A stretch of DNA of 64,000 nt. Source: Candidatus Moraniibacteriota bacterium. GTDB lineage: Bacteria; Patescibacteriota; Minisyncoccia; Moranbacterales; UBA1568. This document shows, piece after piece, positions 20,507 through 33,278 of the stretch (positions are counted from its first letter, which is position 1; each line of letters begins with the position of its first letter). The stretch is from positions 776,788 through 840,787 of the forward strand of contig CP064989.1 of the NCBI GenBank assembly GCA_016699875.1, given 5' to 3'. The notes below the pieces were generated by a model. It made no database searches. It worked only from the letters and a program-made list of their open reading frames with translations, and had not been told where the DNA came from. Made by a program: the position numbers and the translations under genes.

Positions 20507-23080
20507 ATGGGAAGGAAAAAGAAAACAAAAGACATCTCTCAGGATCCCGAAGAGGAAACGGAGATGAATGAATCTCCGGGCATCCTTCATCATGATGTGA
20601 AGCGAAGCATTGTTGCTATTCTTCTTTTTACAGCGGGCATTCTTTTCGCGCTTGGGTTTTTCAAGAGTGCGGGGATGCTTGGATTGTTCTTCGATCGTAT
20701 GGCGGGGCTCGGTCTGGGGTGGGGAAAGTGGGTCTTTCCATTTCTACTGTTTCTTGCGGGCGTCTTTCTCTTTCGTCGTCGAACAAGCTCGTGGTCAGAT
20801 GTTGTGAAATTGGGAGGACTCACGGTGGCATTCCTAAGTTTTCTCGGGCTTTTGCATTCGTTTCAAAGTGGCGATTTGGAGCAGCTGGCTCTGGAGGGTC
20901 GGGGCGGGGGGTATATCGGGTTTTGGCTGGCAATGCTTTTTGAAAAACTTGCCGGAACGGTCGGGGGAACGATTTTGTTTGTAGCGATTTTCTTGGTAGG
21001 CACTATTGCGGCGTTTAATTTTTCACTGCTTCAATTTTCGGATTCGTTTGGCGAGTGGGCGAAGCGTCGGGATGCGAACCGACCTGATTTCGAGAAAGAC
21101 GGAGAAGGAACTGTAGCCGAATCAGGTTCTCCGGATGAGCCAATCTCTGAAATTCAGGTCGGGACGGAGGCGCCGGCAACCGTTGACCCGGTGGTTATCG
21201 AGAAAGAAAAATTAGAACAAGAGAATATAAAACATATCCATTTTCCGCAAGAGGAGAATGAGAAGCAGTCAGGAACAGCATCAGCTGACATGAGAAAAGG
21301 TTCGGATCTTGCATCGGTTCCGGCATACTTTCTTTCCGGCGAGCGAAAGCCGTTCTCAGTGGAACCTCGCCGGTCATCGAGAAAGCGAACGTTTTGGCAG
21401 TTGCCGACGCCGGACCTTTTGGATGCTTCAAGCGAAGAGGGATTTGGCGGTGATACGGAATCGCGCGCGGAAATTATTCGGCAGACGCTTGAAAATTTCG
21501 GCATCCCAGTCGTGCATCATGCAACAATGGTTGGACCGACGGTGACGCAATACATGTTTAGTCCTGCGGGCGGTGTGAAACTTTCTCGCATCACAACGCT
21601 GTCGGATAATCTGGCGCTTGCTATGGAGGCGCCCTCCATTCGCATTCAGGCGCCGATTCCCGGGAAGGCTCTTATTGGCATTGAGGTGCCGAACCAAGTG
21701 CAGGCAGTGGTTAGATTGCGGAATATTCTGGAGAGCTCGGCGTTCTTGAAGCGGAATTCTCCGTTGACGGTTGCACTCGGAAAGGACGTGCATGGAGACT
21801 ATGCTGTTGCTGATATCGGGAAAATGCCACACCTGCTCGTCGCGGGAACAACTCGGAGCGGGAAAAGCGTGTTTATTAATGCGATTCTCCTGTCGCTTCT
21901 CTATCAGAATGCGCCTGACGATCTTCGTCTTATCCTGATCGATCCGAAACGTGTGGAGCTTTCACTTTACAATGGTATTCCACATCTCATTACTGACGTG
22001 ATTGTTGAGCCGAAGAAAGTGGTGAACGCGCTTCGTTCTATGGTGGGAGAAATGGATCGTCGGTACAAGCTTTTGGAACAAGTCGGTTCTCGAGATATCG
22101 AATCCTATCATGTACGTTCTGCTCGTGGTGAAAAGCGAACGGTATCGTTGCCCGGAGGCGGACAGCGGGAAGAAGATTTGCCGAAGCTCCCCTATATTAT
22201 CATCGTGATTGACGAGATGGCAGATCTCATGATGTCGCATGGGCGTGAGGTGGAGGGCGTGATTGTGCGTTTGGCGCAGATGGCTCGAGCAGTTGGCATT
22301 CATTTGATTCTTGCGACACAGCGGCCGAGCGTTGAAGTTATCACAGGACTCATCAAGGCGAATATTGTGACGCGTATTGCTTTCCAGGTGGCGACACAGA
22401 TCGACTCTCGTACGATTCTCGACCAGGGTGGTGCTGAAAAACTTATCGGACAGGGAGATATGCTTTTTACGACGGCTGGCTACCCTCAGCCGCGGCGAAT
22501 TCAGGGGCCGTTTGTGTCCGAAGATGAAGTGCACAATGTGGTGGAGTTTATCCGGGATCAGAAACGCGCTGCCGGTTTTGAAGAATCGATCGATGGGGAA
22601 ATATCAACCGGATCCCCCATACGCGAGCGGGAATTCGCTTTGCCGCCACTTCCTCGGTCGAATGGCGATCTGGAGGCGGCTCCGGTTGGACCCGATCCGG
22701 AATCGCCTGCGCATCCCGAGAGGTTCTCTGATAGCATTGTATTCTCACTTGATGATGAAGAGAATCTGGAAGAGGATCAGGATCCTCGATATGAAGAAGC
22801 TCGTCGCGTAGTGCTTGAATTCCGCCAAGCATCCACCTCATTCCTTCAGCGGCGTATGGGACTTGGATATTCCCGCGCAGCGAAGATTATCGATTGTCTC
22901 GAGAAGAACAGGGTTATCGGTCCAAAGGATGGTTCCAAGCCCCGGGAAATTATTGCGCTCAATGGCATTTCTCCAGCCAAAGCGTCTTCTCCGGAGAATT
23001 CAGCTGGTATTGCCGATGTAGCGGATGAACAAGGGGCATCTTCCCCAGAAGATACTCAGGAAGACAAGTGGCAGATGTGA
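20507..23080 (+). CDS. ftsK: DNA translocase FtsK/SpoIIIE
   Basis: 857 aa; N-terminal 4-5 TM helices, Walker A GTTRSGKSV, Walker B IIVIDEMADLM, C-terminal winged-helix gamma domain (FLQRRMGLGYSRAAKIIDCLEKNRVIGP). Confidence 0.9.
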   Translation: MGRKKKTKDISQDPEEETEMNESPGILHHDVKRSIVAILLFTAGILFALGFFKSAGMLGLFFDRMAGLGLGWGKWVFPFLLFLAGVFLFRRRTSSWSDVVKLGGLTVAFLSFLGLLHSFQSGDLEQLALEGRGGGYIGFWLAMLFEKLAGTVGGTILFVAIFLVGTIAAFNFSLLQFSDSFGEWAKRRDANRPDFEKDGEGTVAESGSPDEPISEIQVGTEAPATVDPVVIEKEKLEQENIKHIHFPQEENEKQSGTASADMRKGSDLASVPAYFLSGERKPFSVEPRRSSRKRTFWQLPTPDLLDASSEEGFGGDTESRAEIIRQTLENFGIPVVHHATMVGPTVTQYMFSPAGGVKLSRITTLSDNLALAMEAPSIRIQAPIPGKALIGIEVPNQVQAVVRLRNILESSAFLKRNSPLTVALGKDVHGDYAVADIGKMPHLLVAGTTRSGKSVFINAILLSLLYQNAPDDLRLILIDPKRVELSLYNGIPHLITDVIVEPKKVVNALRSMVGEMDRRYKLLEQVGSRDIESYHVRSARGEKRTVSLPGGGQREEDLPKLPYIIIVIDEMADLMMSHGREVEGVIVRLAQMARAVGIHLILATQRPSVEVITGLIKANIVTRIAFQVATQIDSRTILDQGGAEKLIGQGDMLFTTAGYPQPRRIQGPFVSEDEVHNVVEFIRDQKRAAGFEESIDGEISTGSPIREREFALPPLPRSNGDLEAAPVGPDPESPAHPERFSDSIVFSLDDEENLEEDQDPRYEEARRVVLEFRQASTSFLQRRMGLGYSRAAKIIDCLEKNRVIGPKDGSKPREIIALNGISPAKASSPENSAGIADVADEQGASSPEDTQEDKWQM

Positions 23081-23301
23081 TGACGGATTCTTCTTTGGAA
23101 TATTTCAATTGATAGTGCTGCTGTATGGTGTTGCGGTGGCCCGATCTTGAGTTCTGGGAGAATGATATCTGCGAGAGGTGCTCTTGTGGAGCTGGGAGCG
23201 CTTGCAATTTTCTGTTCCTTTTATTTTCCTAAACAATCGGCCTATCCTTCATGGTGTATACGATGAGAAAGAGGTAGAATGCGGGTAGTCATGTTATTTC
23301 A

Positions 23302-24495
23302 ATGTGTTATATGGAAAATGAAACGCTTATATCGTATATTGAGGGTCAGGTGCGGGCTGGTGCGAAAAAGGCAGATATTCAAGAGGCATTGCTTGCTGTT
23401 GGGTGGTCGGAAGACGATGTGAGCATGGCCTATGCCCGCGCATTGGTTGCGTCCGGCGTGCCGGTTCCGGAAGGGGATGGAAAATCGCTTGCTATGAGAA
23501 AAGCATCGACGGCAGATGTGATGATTGGGTTCTTTGCGTTTATTTTGCTTGGTATTATTCTGTCAGCAATCGGTTCCCTGTTCTTTGAGATAATCGATAA
23601 GTATTTTCCCGACCGTTTGGTAAACGGAGCGCTTGGATCGGCTGTTTCATCGGACACAGTGCACTATTCGACCGCTGCTCTTATAGTGGGGATGCCGCTC
23701 TATCTTTTCGCGCTTCGCCTGTGGTTTCGCCGTTTTCGCGAAGATGATGCCCGGGCAGAATCCCGTCTTACGAAATGGGTGACATATCTCGTGCTTCTTA
23801 TCGCTGCTATCACTATTGTCGGTGATTTTATTGCTATTCTCTTTACATTTCTTCAGGGTGAAATCAGCGCTCGATTTTTCCTGAAAGCTTTGGTGATTCT
23901 GGGAATTTCCGGTATGGTCTTTGGTTTTTATTTTCTCGAGAGAAGGAAGGTTCAATACAAGAAAGATGTCCCCCGGAAGACATTCCAGTCATTTGGTTGG
24001 GGGCTTGTGAGTGTGGCAATGCTTGGTATTGTGCTGGGATTTCTGGCAGTGGGGTCTCCGGCCACAGAGAGAATGCGGACATTTGATGTTCGGCGCGCCA
24101 GTAATTTGGTGACGCTTGCGGGATGCATCAGCGGCTATGCGCAAGAGTTCTCTCGTTTGCCGGGCACGCTTTCGGATCTGGATCGGTCAAGTCAGTTTGG
24201 ATACTGTCTCTCCTTGCAGGATCCCGAAACAGAAGCTCCGTATGAATATCGCCCCATCAAAGATTTTCTGTCGCTCCAAGATGGGAGTGAGGCAGAGTTT
24301 GAATTGTGTGCGGTATTTGCTTTGGATTCGAGCGAGAATATCCAGTTGCAGTCTGGCGGCGGTATGTATTCTTCCCAACCTTCTTCTAAGTGGAATGCTC
24401 ACTCGGCGGGAAGAAATTGCAAATCTGAGGCGGTTGTTCTGAAGAAAAACACAGTATATCCCGTACCTTTCCCATCAGATACGGTGTCATATTGA
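23302..24495 (+). CDS. Hypothetical polytopic membrane protein with N-terminal soluble domain
   Basis: 397 aa; ~5 predicted TM helices after a ~60-aa cytoplasmic N-terminus (LISYIEGQVRAGAKKADIQEALLAVGWSEDDV); no recognisable catalytic motif. Confidence 0.5.
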   Translation: MCYMENETLISYIEGQVRAGAKKADIQEALLAVGWSEDDVSMAYARALVASGVPVPEGDGKSLAMRKASTADVMIGFFAFILLGIILSAIGSLFFEIIDKYFPDRLVNGALGSAVSSDTVHYSTAALIVGMPLYLFALRLWFRRFREDDARAESRLTKWVTYLVLLIAAITIVGDFIAILFTFLQGEISARFFLKALVILGISGMVFGFYFLERRKVQYKKDVPRKTFQSFGWGLVSVAMLGIVLGFLAVGSPATERMRTFDVRRASNLVTLAGCISGYAQEFSRLPGTLSDLDRSSQFGYCLSLQDPETEAPYEYRPIKDFLSLQDGSEAEFELCAVFALDSSENIQLQSGGGMYSSQPSSKWNAHSAGRNCKSEAVVLKKNTVYPVPFPSDTVSY

Positions 24496-24656
24496 CAAGA
24501 ATACTGGATGTGGTACGTTGGGAGGACAACCAAAAAGGCCATTCTTGCTCCGCCCCGATACGGTATTGTGCCGCGGGGATACGGGCAAGGTTCGAGGCTC
24601 GAAGAGAGTCCGTGGCGTCTTTTTGCGTTGCGGGCTTTTGTTTTTAATGTGCATAT

Positions 24657-25148
24657 ATGATGGAGTACGAAATTCTGTATTTGGTAGGGGAATCGAAGAA
24701 GTCGCAGCTTGAGATGATTAAGAAGGGCATCGAGGAAACAATCGCTGCATCGGGAGGAGAAGTGCAACCGGGGGAGTTTGTTGATGAGCGTCGGATGGAA
24801 TATTCAATCAAGGGTGAGTCTCGCGGGGTCTATGTTGCGAAGCGTTTCACAGTGAAAGAGGGCGCGGGAGATATTCCTGCGGAGGTTACAAAAGCAATTT
24901 CGTTCAACAAAGACATTGTGAGGTTCATGGTTGTTCGCGCTGAGGGATTGCCAACACTTGAAGATTCTCAGGAACGAGTGAGACGTGTTCCGGATGCAAG
25001 ACGGAAGCCTCAGGGACGCTCGGCATTTGCTCGCCAGCGTTCCCTCCAGGGAGGAGTGGCGCCGGTCGTGCCCGATCCGGAGCAAGCAAAATCAGTTATT
25101 TCCGATACGGAAATAGATAAAAAACTTGGCGAGGTTTTGGATATCTAA
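24657..25148 (+). CDS. rpsF: 30S ribosomal protein S6 (with C-terminal extension)
   Basis: N-terminus MEYEILYLV...GGEV...YSIKGESRGVYV matches S6 fold signature; first gene of classic rpsF-ssb-rpsR operon. Confidence 0.85.
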   Translation: MMEYEILYLVGESKKSQLEMIKKGIEETIAASGGEVQPGEFVDERRMEYSIKGESRGVYVAKRFTVKEGAGDIPAEVTKAISFNKDIVRFMVVRAEGLPTLEDSQERVRRVPDARRKPQGRSAFARQRSLQGGVAPVVPDPEQAKSVISDTEIDKKLGEVLDI

Positions 25149-25166
25149 TTTATTTTCCTCTCGCAT

Positions 25167-25658
25167 ATGAATGTAAACAAAGTGATTCTGGTTGGGAGGC
25201 TGACACGTGATCCTGAAACGCGGACAACGCCAAACGGACAGACCGTTGCCACGATTGGTCTGGCGACGAGTCATCGTTGGAGTGACAAAAGCGGTCAGAA
25301 ACAAGAAAAAACGGAATTTCATACGATTATCCTGTGGGGTCGGACAGCGGAAGTGGCTGCGCAATACCTTACGAAAGGACAGGAGGCATATTTCGAAGGG
25401 AGGCTCCAGACGAGGAGTTATACAGGGAAAGATGGCGTTGAGCGTCGTGTGACAGAAATTGTGGCGGAAAATATGCAACTTGGAAGTCGCCCGATGGGGC
25501 AGGGCAGTAGCTCATCTCGGTCTGATTCAGCTCATGCATCGCAACCTGCGAATCATGGCCAATCAAGGTCAACGCCGGTGTCTGCTGATGATGATATCCC
25601 GACGATTAATCTTGATGATGAAAAGGAAGAAATTAAGATTGAGGATGTCCCGTTCTGA
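25167..25658 (+). CDS. ssb: Single-stranded DNA-binding protein
   Basis: OB-fold N-terminus (VILVGRLTRDPETRTTPNGQTVATIGLATSHRW...TEFHTIILWGRTAE) and acidic C-terminal tail ending EDVPF. Confidence 0.9.
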   Translation: MNVNKVILVGRLTRDPETRTTPNGQTVATIGLATSHRWSDKSGQKQEKTEFHTIILWGRTAEVAAQYLTKGQEAYFEGRLQTRSYTGKDGVERRVTEIVAENMQLGSRPMGQGSSSSRSDSAHASQPANHGQSRSTPVSADDDIPTINLDDEKEEIKIEDVPF

Positions 25659-25759
25659 GAACTTGTTTACAGTACCCATATTTTTCTTTGGTTTCCAAGT
25701 TTTGACTGCACAACAGAAATAGTAGTGCGATTGAATTTATTCCGGTAACATTTTGTATT

Positions 25760-25969
25760 ATGCAAACCAGCGAACAAGAACAAGCAATGCGCAAGAAGTT
25801 GGAATCACTCGACTACAAAGACGCGTATTTTCTTCGAAAATTTCTCAATTCGCAGGGAAAGATTTACCCTCCGAAGAAATTCGGATTAACAGTAAAAGAA
25901 CAGCGTCATCTTTCTGTTGCGATTAAGCGCGCTCGGTATATGGCGCTTGTCCCGTATGTTATTCAGTAG
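25760..25969 (+). CDS. rpsR: 30S ribosomal protein S18
   Basis: 69 aa; FLNSQGKIYPPKKFGLTVKEQRHLSVAIKRARYMALVPY. Confidence 0.9.
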   Translation: MQTSEQEQAMRKKLESLDYKDAYFLRKFLNSQGKIYPPKKFGLTVKEQRHLSVAIKRARYMALVPYVIQ

Positions 25970-26048
25970 GGCAGAGATGGGGGCTGACCTGTGGGAATTC
26001 TTTTTACTTTCTGTTTGCTCAGGGTGTATTTATTGTGAGCGGTGAATT

Positions 26049-26606
26049 ATGTTGAATATCAGTGATATTAAAACAGGAAAGAAAATTGTACTAGAGGGTG
26101 ATCCGTACGCAGTGCTTTATCATGAGCATTCCAAAACAGGACGTGCTGGAGCGGTACTGAGGACTCGATTGAAGAATCTTCGGACAGGCGCAGTCTTGGA
26201 GCGAACCTTTCAGGGATCGGACAAAGCAGATGAGGCAGATGTAACGAAATCAAAGGCGCAGTATTTGTATCAAGAAGGACATTCCTATGCCTTTATGGAT
26301 ATGGAGTCGTATGACCAAGTTTCTTTGTCGGCCGAGACACTTGCCGGCGCGGAGCGCTATCTTGTCGAGGGAACTGAGGTGATACTCCTGCAGTTTGAAG
26401 GGATGCCACTGACTATCGAACTTCCGCCCAAAGTAACGCTTACCGTGGTTGATGCGCCACCGGGAATCAAGGGTGATAGCGTATCTTCCGGTGACAAGCT
26501 GGTCAAACTCGAGACCGGACTTGAGGTGACAACGCCACTCTTTGTGAAGGAGGGCGATCGGATTATTGTAAATACTGAGAAGGGGACATACGTGTCTCGC
26601 GCGTAG
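26049..26606 (+). CDS. efp: Elongation factor P
   Basis: 185 aa; N-terminal KOW-like domain with conserved loop Lys region (HEHSKTGRAGAVLRTRLKNLRTG), three-domain length. Confidence 0.9.
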   Translation: MLNISDIKTGKKIVLEGDPYAVLYHEHSKTGRAGAVLRTRLKNLRTGAVLERTFQGSDKADEADVTKSKAQYLYQEGHSYAFMDMESYDQVSLSAETLAGAERYLVEGTEVILLQFEGMPLTIELPPKVTLTVVDAPPGIKGDSVSSGDKLVKLETGLEVTTPLFVKEGDRIIVNTEKGTYVSRA

Positions 26607-26714
26607 GGGCGCGGGTTCTGTATTGCGAGTTCATTTTAAAAATTTCCGGAGTTGTTCCAAAATTATCTTTGAGGAGGAGGTTTGGCGTCTGATTTGCCTG
26701 GCTTCTCTTTCTGT

Positions 26715-26743
26715 TTGCGAAAAAACAGAGTTTTGGCTATAAT
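26715..26743 (+). promoter_or_regulatory. Sigma70-type promoter TTGCGA-17-TATAAT
   Basis: ttgcga 26715-26720, 17-nt spacer, perfect tataat 26738-26743; lies inside the 5' extension of ORF 26682, arguing for start at ATG 26781. Confidence 0.55.
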
Positions 26744-26780
26744 AGGGAGTGGAGAAGGGAAGAGTTCCTTTGTTTTTTTG

Positions 26781-29280
<2,500 letters not shown>

Positions 29281-29379
29281 ATGGGATGTGCTTCTTGACT
29301 TCCTCCCTCTGTTTATGCTACGATTTTTCGAGCGAAGGAATCCTTTGCTTGAGCGGTTCTTTTCCCGTATACTCGACAT

Positions 29380-29700
29380 ATGAATGGGTCAATCGGAAAT
29401 CTGAAGTCGCTGGCAAAGTGTCCGGTGTGCAATAAGAAGTACACCTCCGCCGTTGTGACGCCTCTTGCCGAGAATGAGACTCGTTCGACAATGCATATCT
29501 CATGTCCGTCATGTGGTGTGTCGAGCATCTTGTTTGTGTCGATGAATCAGTGGGGAATTGCCAGTGTGGGCATCCTGACAGATCTTGGCGGCGAGGAGTC
29601 CAAGAGGCATTTTGGTCGAGAAATTGTCTCGACTGATCAGGTGCTCGACGCTTACATCTTTCTGAAAGATCGGTCGGGGCATTTGAGCGATATTCTATAA
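29380..29700 (+). CDS. Small hypothetical protein with two CxxC pairs (Zn-ribbon-like)
   Basis: 106 aa; CPVCNKKY...(28 aa)...CPSCGVSS. Confidence 0.4.
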   Translation: MNGSIGNLKSLAKCPVCNKKYTSAVVTPLAENETRSTMHISCPSCGVSSILFVSMNQWGIASVGILTDLGGEESKRHFGREIVSTDQVLDAYIFLKDRSGHLSDIL

Positions 29701-29794
29701 GAGTTCAGTGGTGCGAAGTCGATGCTCGCGATGGTGACTTCCCGGGGAATTCTCCCGCTTTCTTTTTTAGCAGTCGTCTTTTTGAAACGTACTT

Positions 29795-30463
29795 ATGAGC
29801 GCATCAATACAACTTTCGGTTGAAGAACGAATGAAGACGGGGTCAACACTTTCAAGTATTCGAAAGAGTGGTCGAATTCCGGCAGTATTGTACGGGCACG
29901 GGGATACATCGCAGATGGTGACCGTATCCGCTCTTGAATTTTCTCGAGCATATAAAGAAGCTGGCGAGAACACACTGGTAGAGCTTATCCTCCCAAAGGG
30001 AAAGCCGATTAATACGCTGATCTATGATGTACAGACCGACCCTTTGTCTGGGAAATTTCTGCATGTCGATTTTTATCGAGTGCGCATGAATGAGAAAGTG
30101 GAGGCAACGGTTCCGTTGGTATTTACCGGGGAATCTTTGGCTGTCCGCGGGTCGGGAGGGGTGCTTGTAAAAGCGCTTGATGAAGTGGAAGTGTCGTGCC
30201 TTCCCGGGAATATCCCTCACGAGTTCCTTGTTGATATTGCAGCTCTGGCTACTTTCGACGATCAGATTCATGTCTCGGATATTGCTGTTCCTGACGGGGT
30301 GGAAATGTTAAGCGATGCAGAAGCGGTTGTTGCGCTTGTGGAACGTCCAAGAACAGATGAAGAGATGGCATCTCTGGACACAAAAGTGGAGGCTGATGTG
30401 AATAAAGTGGAAGGTGTGGTAAAAACAGAAGGCGCTCCGAGTGCCGAGAAAAAGTCAGAGTAG
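29795..30463 (+). CDS. rplY: 50S ribosomal protein L25 / general stress protein Ctc
   Basis: 222 aa; N-terminal L25 fold (RKSGRIPAVLYGHGD...) plus Ctc-type C-terminal domain. Confidence 0.85.
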   Translation: MSASIQLSVEERMKTGSTLSSIRKSGRIPAVLYGHGDTSQMVTVSALEFSRAYKEAGENTLVELILPKGKPINTLIYDVQTDPLSGKFLHVDFYRVRMNEKVEATVPLVFTGESLAVRGSGGVLVKALDEVEVSCLPGNIPHEFLVDIAALATFDDQIHVSDIAVPDGVEMLSDAEAVVALVERPRTDEEMASLDTKVEADVNKVEGVVKTEGAPSAEKKSE

Positions 30464-30732
30464 ATGATTTTTGTCCGTATTAATTGACACTAGAGGGACT
30501 TTCTTCTTGACAGACTTCTATTTTTTTGCTAGTTTTGAATGTCAGGAAGGAACTGCTTTCAGTGGCGGCAAAATATTTCTTGAACCTTTCCACCCGCTTT
30601 TCTTTGTTGGCGTACGAGGCTCCGCCCGCAGTACCATTCGAGGACTATCCCTCCTTAGGTCCTCGGAGGTTACGTCTCCCGTGTCTTCGGATACATGGAG
30701 CGGCTGCGGACGGAACCCTGTGCGCCAATACG

Positions 30733-30780
30733 AAACAGCCCCGCTTCTCATTTAGAGAGGATGCGGGGCTGTTTTGTTTT
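30733..30780. terminator. Bidirectional rho-independent terminator between convergent rplY-side transcript and pth
   Basis: 12-bp stem aaacagccccgc / gcggggctgttt, 18-nt loop, flanked by A-run and T-run. Confidence 0.75.
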
Positions 30781-30796
30781 ACGGCGGGTGTATATA

Positions 30797-31360
30797 TCAT
30801 TCCGAGTGCTTGTTCTCTATGAGGGTGCGGAGCCTTTCTGTGACAATGGGGAAAGTTTGTTCTATTTTCGCGAGCTCGTCGGCAGAGAACGGCTCGAGGA
30901 CAAATGTTGCCGTATTTTTGTAGGGATGCGCCGTATTATTTGATAATGGCTGCTTGATGCCGATGCGGAAGCGGAGGAAGTCTTTGGTACGAAGTACCTC
31001 GATGATATCTTCAACGCCGTTGTGTCCGGCAGACCGGGAACTGAATGATTCACGAACCTCTCCTAAGAGGATATCCAAGTCATCGTGAATGACGGCAATG
31101 TCGCTCGGATCGATTTTATAGAATTGGGAAATATTTCGTACCGCATCGCCGGATCGATTCATAAACGTCTTTGGGCGGGCAAGTGCCACCTTTTCGGTTC
31201 CAAGTCGACCTTCGGCATATTCCGCTCGAAATGACGAGCTGTTGCGGAAGGCGGGGAAATCCCAATGTTTGCGAATGTATTCGATACAGGAGAATCCGAC
31301 ATTGTGCCGTGTGTCTTGGTATTTTTCTCCAGGGTTTCCGAGTCCGATAATGAGGTACAT
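30797..31360 (-). CDS. pth: Peptidyl-tRNA hydrolase
   Basis: 187 aa; MYLIIGLGNPGEKYQDTRHNVGF... catalytic His region. Confidence 0.92.
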   Translation of the reverse strand: MYLIIGLGNPGEKYQDTRHNVGFSCIEYIRKHWDFPAFRNSSSFRAEYAEGRLGTEKVALARPKTFMNRSGDAVRNISQFYKIDPSDIAVIHDDLDILLGEVRESFSSRSAGHNGVEDIIEVLRTKDFLRFRIGIKQPLSNNTAHPYKNTATFVLEPFSADELAKIEQTFPIVTERLRTLIENKHSE

Positions 31361-31420
31361 ATGGTTGGTATGTGAACGGTCAAAGGTGTTGCTTGGGAAA
31401 AGAATGCATGATTGACTGTG

Positions 31421-33085
31421 CTATCTCTCCGATGCAAGGGCGGCATCAAGTTGTTTCTGATATTCAAGATCTTTCTCGGAACTCTGCAGATCATCAATAG
31501 TATCTTCTTTGAATGAGAGTCGTTTGGCAAGATCGTTTCCAAGGAAAACAACGATATCACTCTGATCGTATTCTTTGAATATGTCATGAATAGTATCGTC
31601 TTGGCTCCCGGTTTGGAGCGAGAGTTTCATGGCTATTTCATTGGTGGTATAGACGGCTTCGGTGCTTGCCCGGCGGAAGATGCGGCTTGTATCAAGCGTA
31701 TTGTTTTCGGACATCGAATATTCGGTTGATTGAACTTTCGGAGCGATGCGAACTTGTTTCATGTGGAGATTCTCGGTAAGAAATTGCATGACTCTTGCTC
31801 CGAGCGAAGGATTGTCCGAATTGTTAACGAGGGTGATGCGAGCATTTTCCGTGTCGATCGATTCTTGGCGAGATCTTAATTGGTCGAGATCGAAGATATT
31901 CTGTGCGAGCTCGCGTGTTTCAACCCAATCGCCAGTTCGAGGCACGAGGATAAACATAGAAACCGAGCCAACGGGAACATGCGAAACACGCAGGAGGCTA
32001 TCTTTTTTCCATGCGTCAATGACGGCGGTGGAGATATTGGTAGTGTCGAACTCGTCGGCGAGCCCGATGAGACTCTCTATGTTAGCGAGAGAAAGGTCGG
32101 TTTTGATGTGATTTCCAAGTGTATCGATAACGCCGGAGATTGCGAGTGGATTGAGGAATATTTGGAGAGAGAACGCCTTTTTCTTGAGAGCCGCAAGAAC
32201 AGCTTGCTGGCGTTTGGCGCGTCCGAAGTCTCCTTCCGGATCGCCGTGTCGTTCGCGGACATATTTGAGTGTAGTTGCGCCGTCGAGGTCCTGCCACCCT
32301 TTCTTGACGGAGAATGTTTCATAACTGTAATTTGGTCCGGGAAAGCGCGAGTCGAAGAGATCACGTTCGACATAGATGCTGATGCCGCCAACGCGATCGA
32401 TAATATTGATAAATCCGTCATAGTCGAGTGTGGCAAATGCGTGTATGGGAAGTCCGGTTATTGTTGAAACAGCTTGCTTGATAGTATCTGCGCTTTCATT
32501 GTTCGCTCGATCGATTTGGTAGAGCGCATTTAGTTTGGTAAATGTTTTCGTGTCGGGTATTTCCACGTAAAGATCGCGCGGAAGGGAGAGGAGTGCGATT
32601 TTCTTGCGCGAAAAATCGAAACTCGCAACCATGATCGTGTCGGTAAGATTTTGTCCGGCGGTTTTTTCATTCGCTTTTCCAAGAAGGAGAATATTCGTGC
32701 GTCCTTCTGACTCTCCGGGAAGAAGGCTTCTTTCGCGATGAAGGATTGGCGTAAGGAGCGATGTTGCGCCATGTAACGTATCGGAGAGGGCGGTATCTTC
32801 TTGAGGGTCGATACTCATAGCTCTTGTTGCGCTGCCGATCTTCCAAGAAAAGTATGTCAAAAGCGAGAGCGTAACCAGTAAAAGCAATGGGAGTGTCCAG
32901 AGGAAGATCCGCAGAAACTTCCGGTGGTGCTGAGGATGTTGTTGTAATCGTTCAAAAGTGTCTTGCTGCTGACCGAAGATAGGCATGGATGTCGTATGGG
33001 GACGGCTCAAAGGGGATGCCTGCGCAAAGGGTGTGGTTGGCGCACCCGTCTTTATTCGGAATGGTTTTCTTCGAAGACTGTCCAT
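31421..33085 (-). CDS. LytR-CpsA-Psr (LCP) family cell-envelope phosphotransferase, with LytR_C-type C-terminal domain
   Basis: 554 aa; cytoplasmic N-terminus, one TM, LCP core (ILLLGKANEK...DTIMVASFD...SLPRDLYVEIP). Confidence 0.8.
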   Translation of the reverse strand: MDSLRRKPFRIKTGAPTTPFAQASPLSRPHTTSMPIFGQQQDTFERLQQHPQHHRKFLRIFLWTLPLLLLVTLSLLTYFSWKIGSATRAMSIDPQEDTALSDTLHGATSLLTPILHRERSLLPGESEGRTNILLLGKANEKTAGQNLTDTIMVASFDFSRKKIALLSLPRDLYVEIPDTKTFTKLNALYQIDRANNESADTIKQAVSTITGLPIHAFATLDYDGFINIIDRVGGISIYVERDLFDSRFPGPNYSYETFSVKKGWQDLDGATTLKYVRERHGDPEGDFGRAKRQQAVLAALKKKAFSLQIFLNPLAISGVIDTLGNHIKTDLSLANIESLIGLADEFDTTNISTAVIDAWKKDSLLRVSHVPVGSVSMFILVPRTGDWVETRELAQNIFDLDQLRSRQESIDTENARITLVNNSDNPSLGARVMQFLTENLHMKQVRIAPKVQSTEYSMSENNTLDTSRIFRRASTEAVYTTNEIAMKLSLQTGSQDDTIHDIFKEYDQSDIVVFLGNDLAKRLSFKEDTIDDLQSSEKDLEYQKQLDAALASER

Positions 33086-33278
33086 GGATGTTTCAATATT
33101 AAGGTTGTCTTGCCAAGCGTCGAATGCGCATGATATTCTGTGAAAGTTGGTCTATGCGCTTGAGGATCGCAGTGGTATTTTGAAACAAACAATGCTTGAA
33201 TTCTCGGTTTCCTAACGCGAGTACAAGTGCATGCTTGAGGGGGTCCAAGGTGTGTATTTCTCTTAAGTTATCGAGAGG

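Noticed and set aside
30471-30822. Small ORFs 30471..30755+, 30526..30822+ and 30542..30751- in the rplY-pth gap
   Set aside because: They overlap one another and the terminator, and lack an RBS. The region is more likely RNA, as described in the findings.
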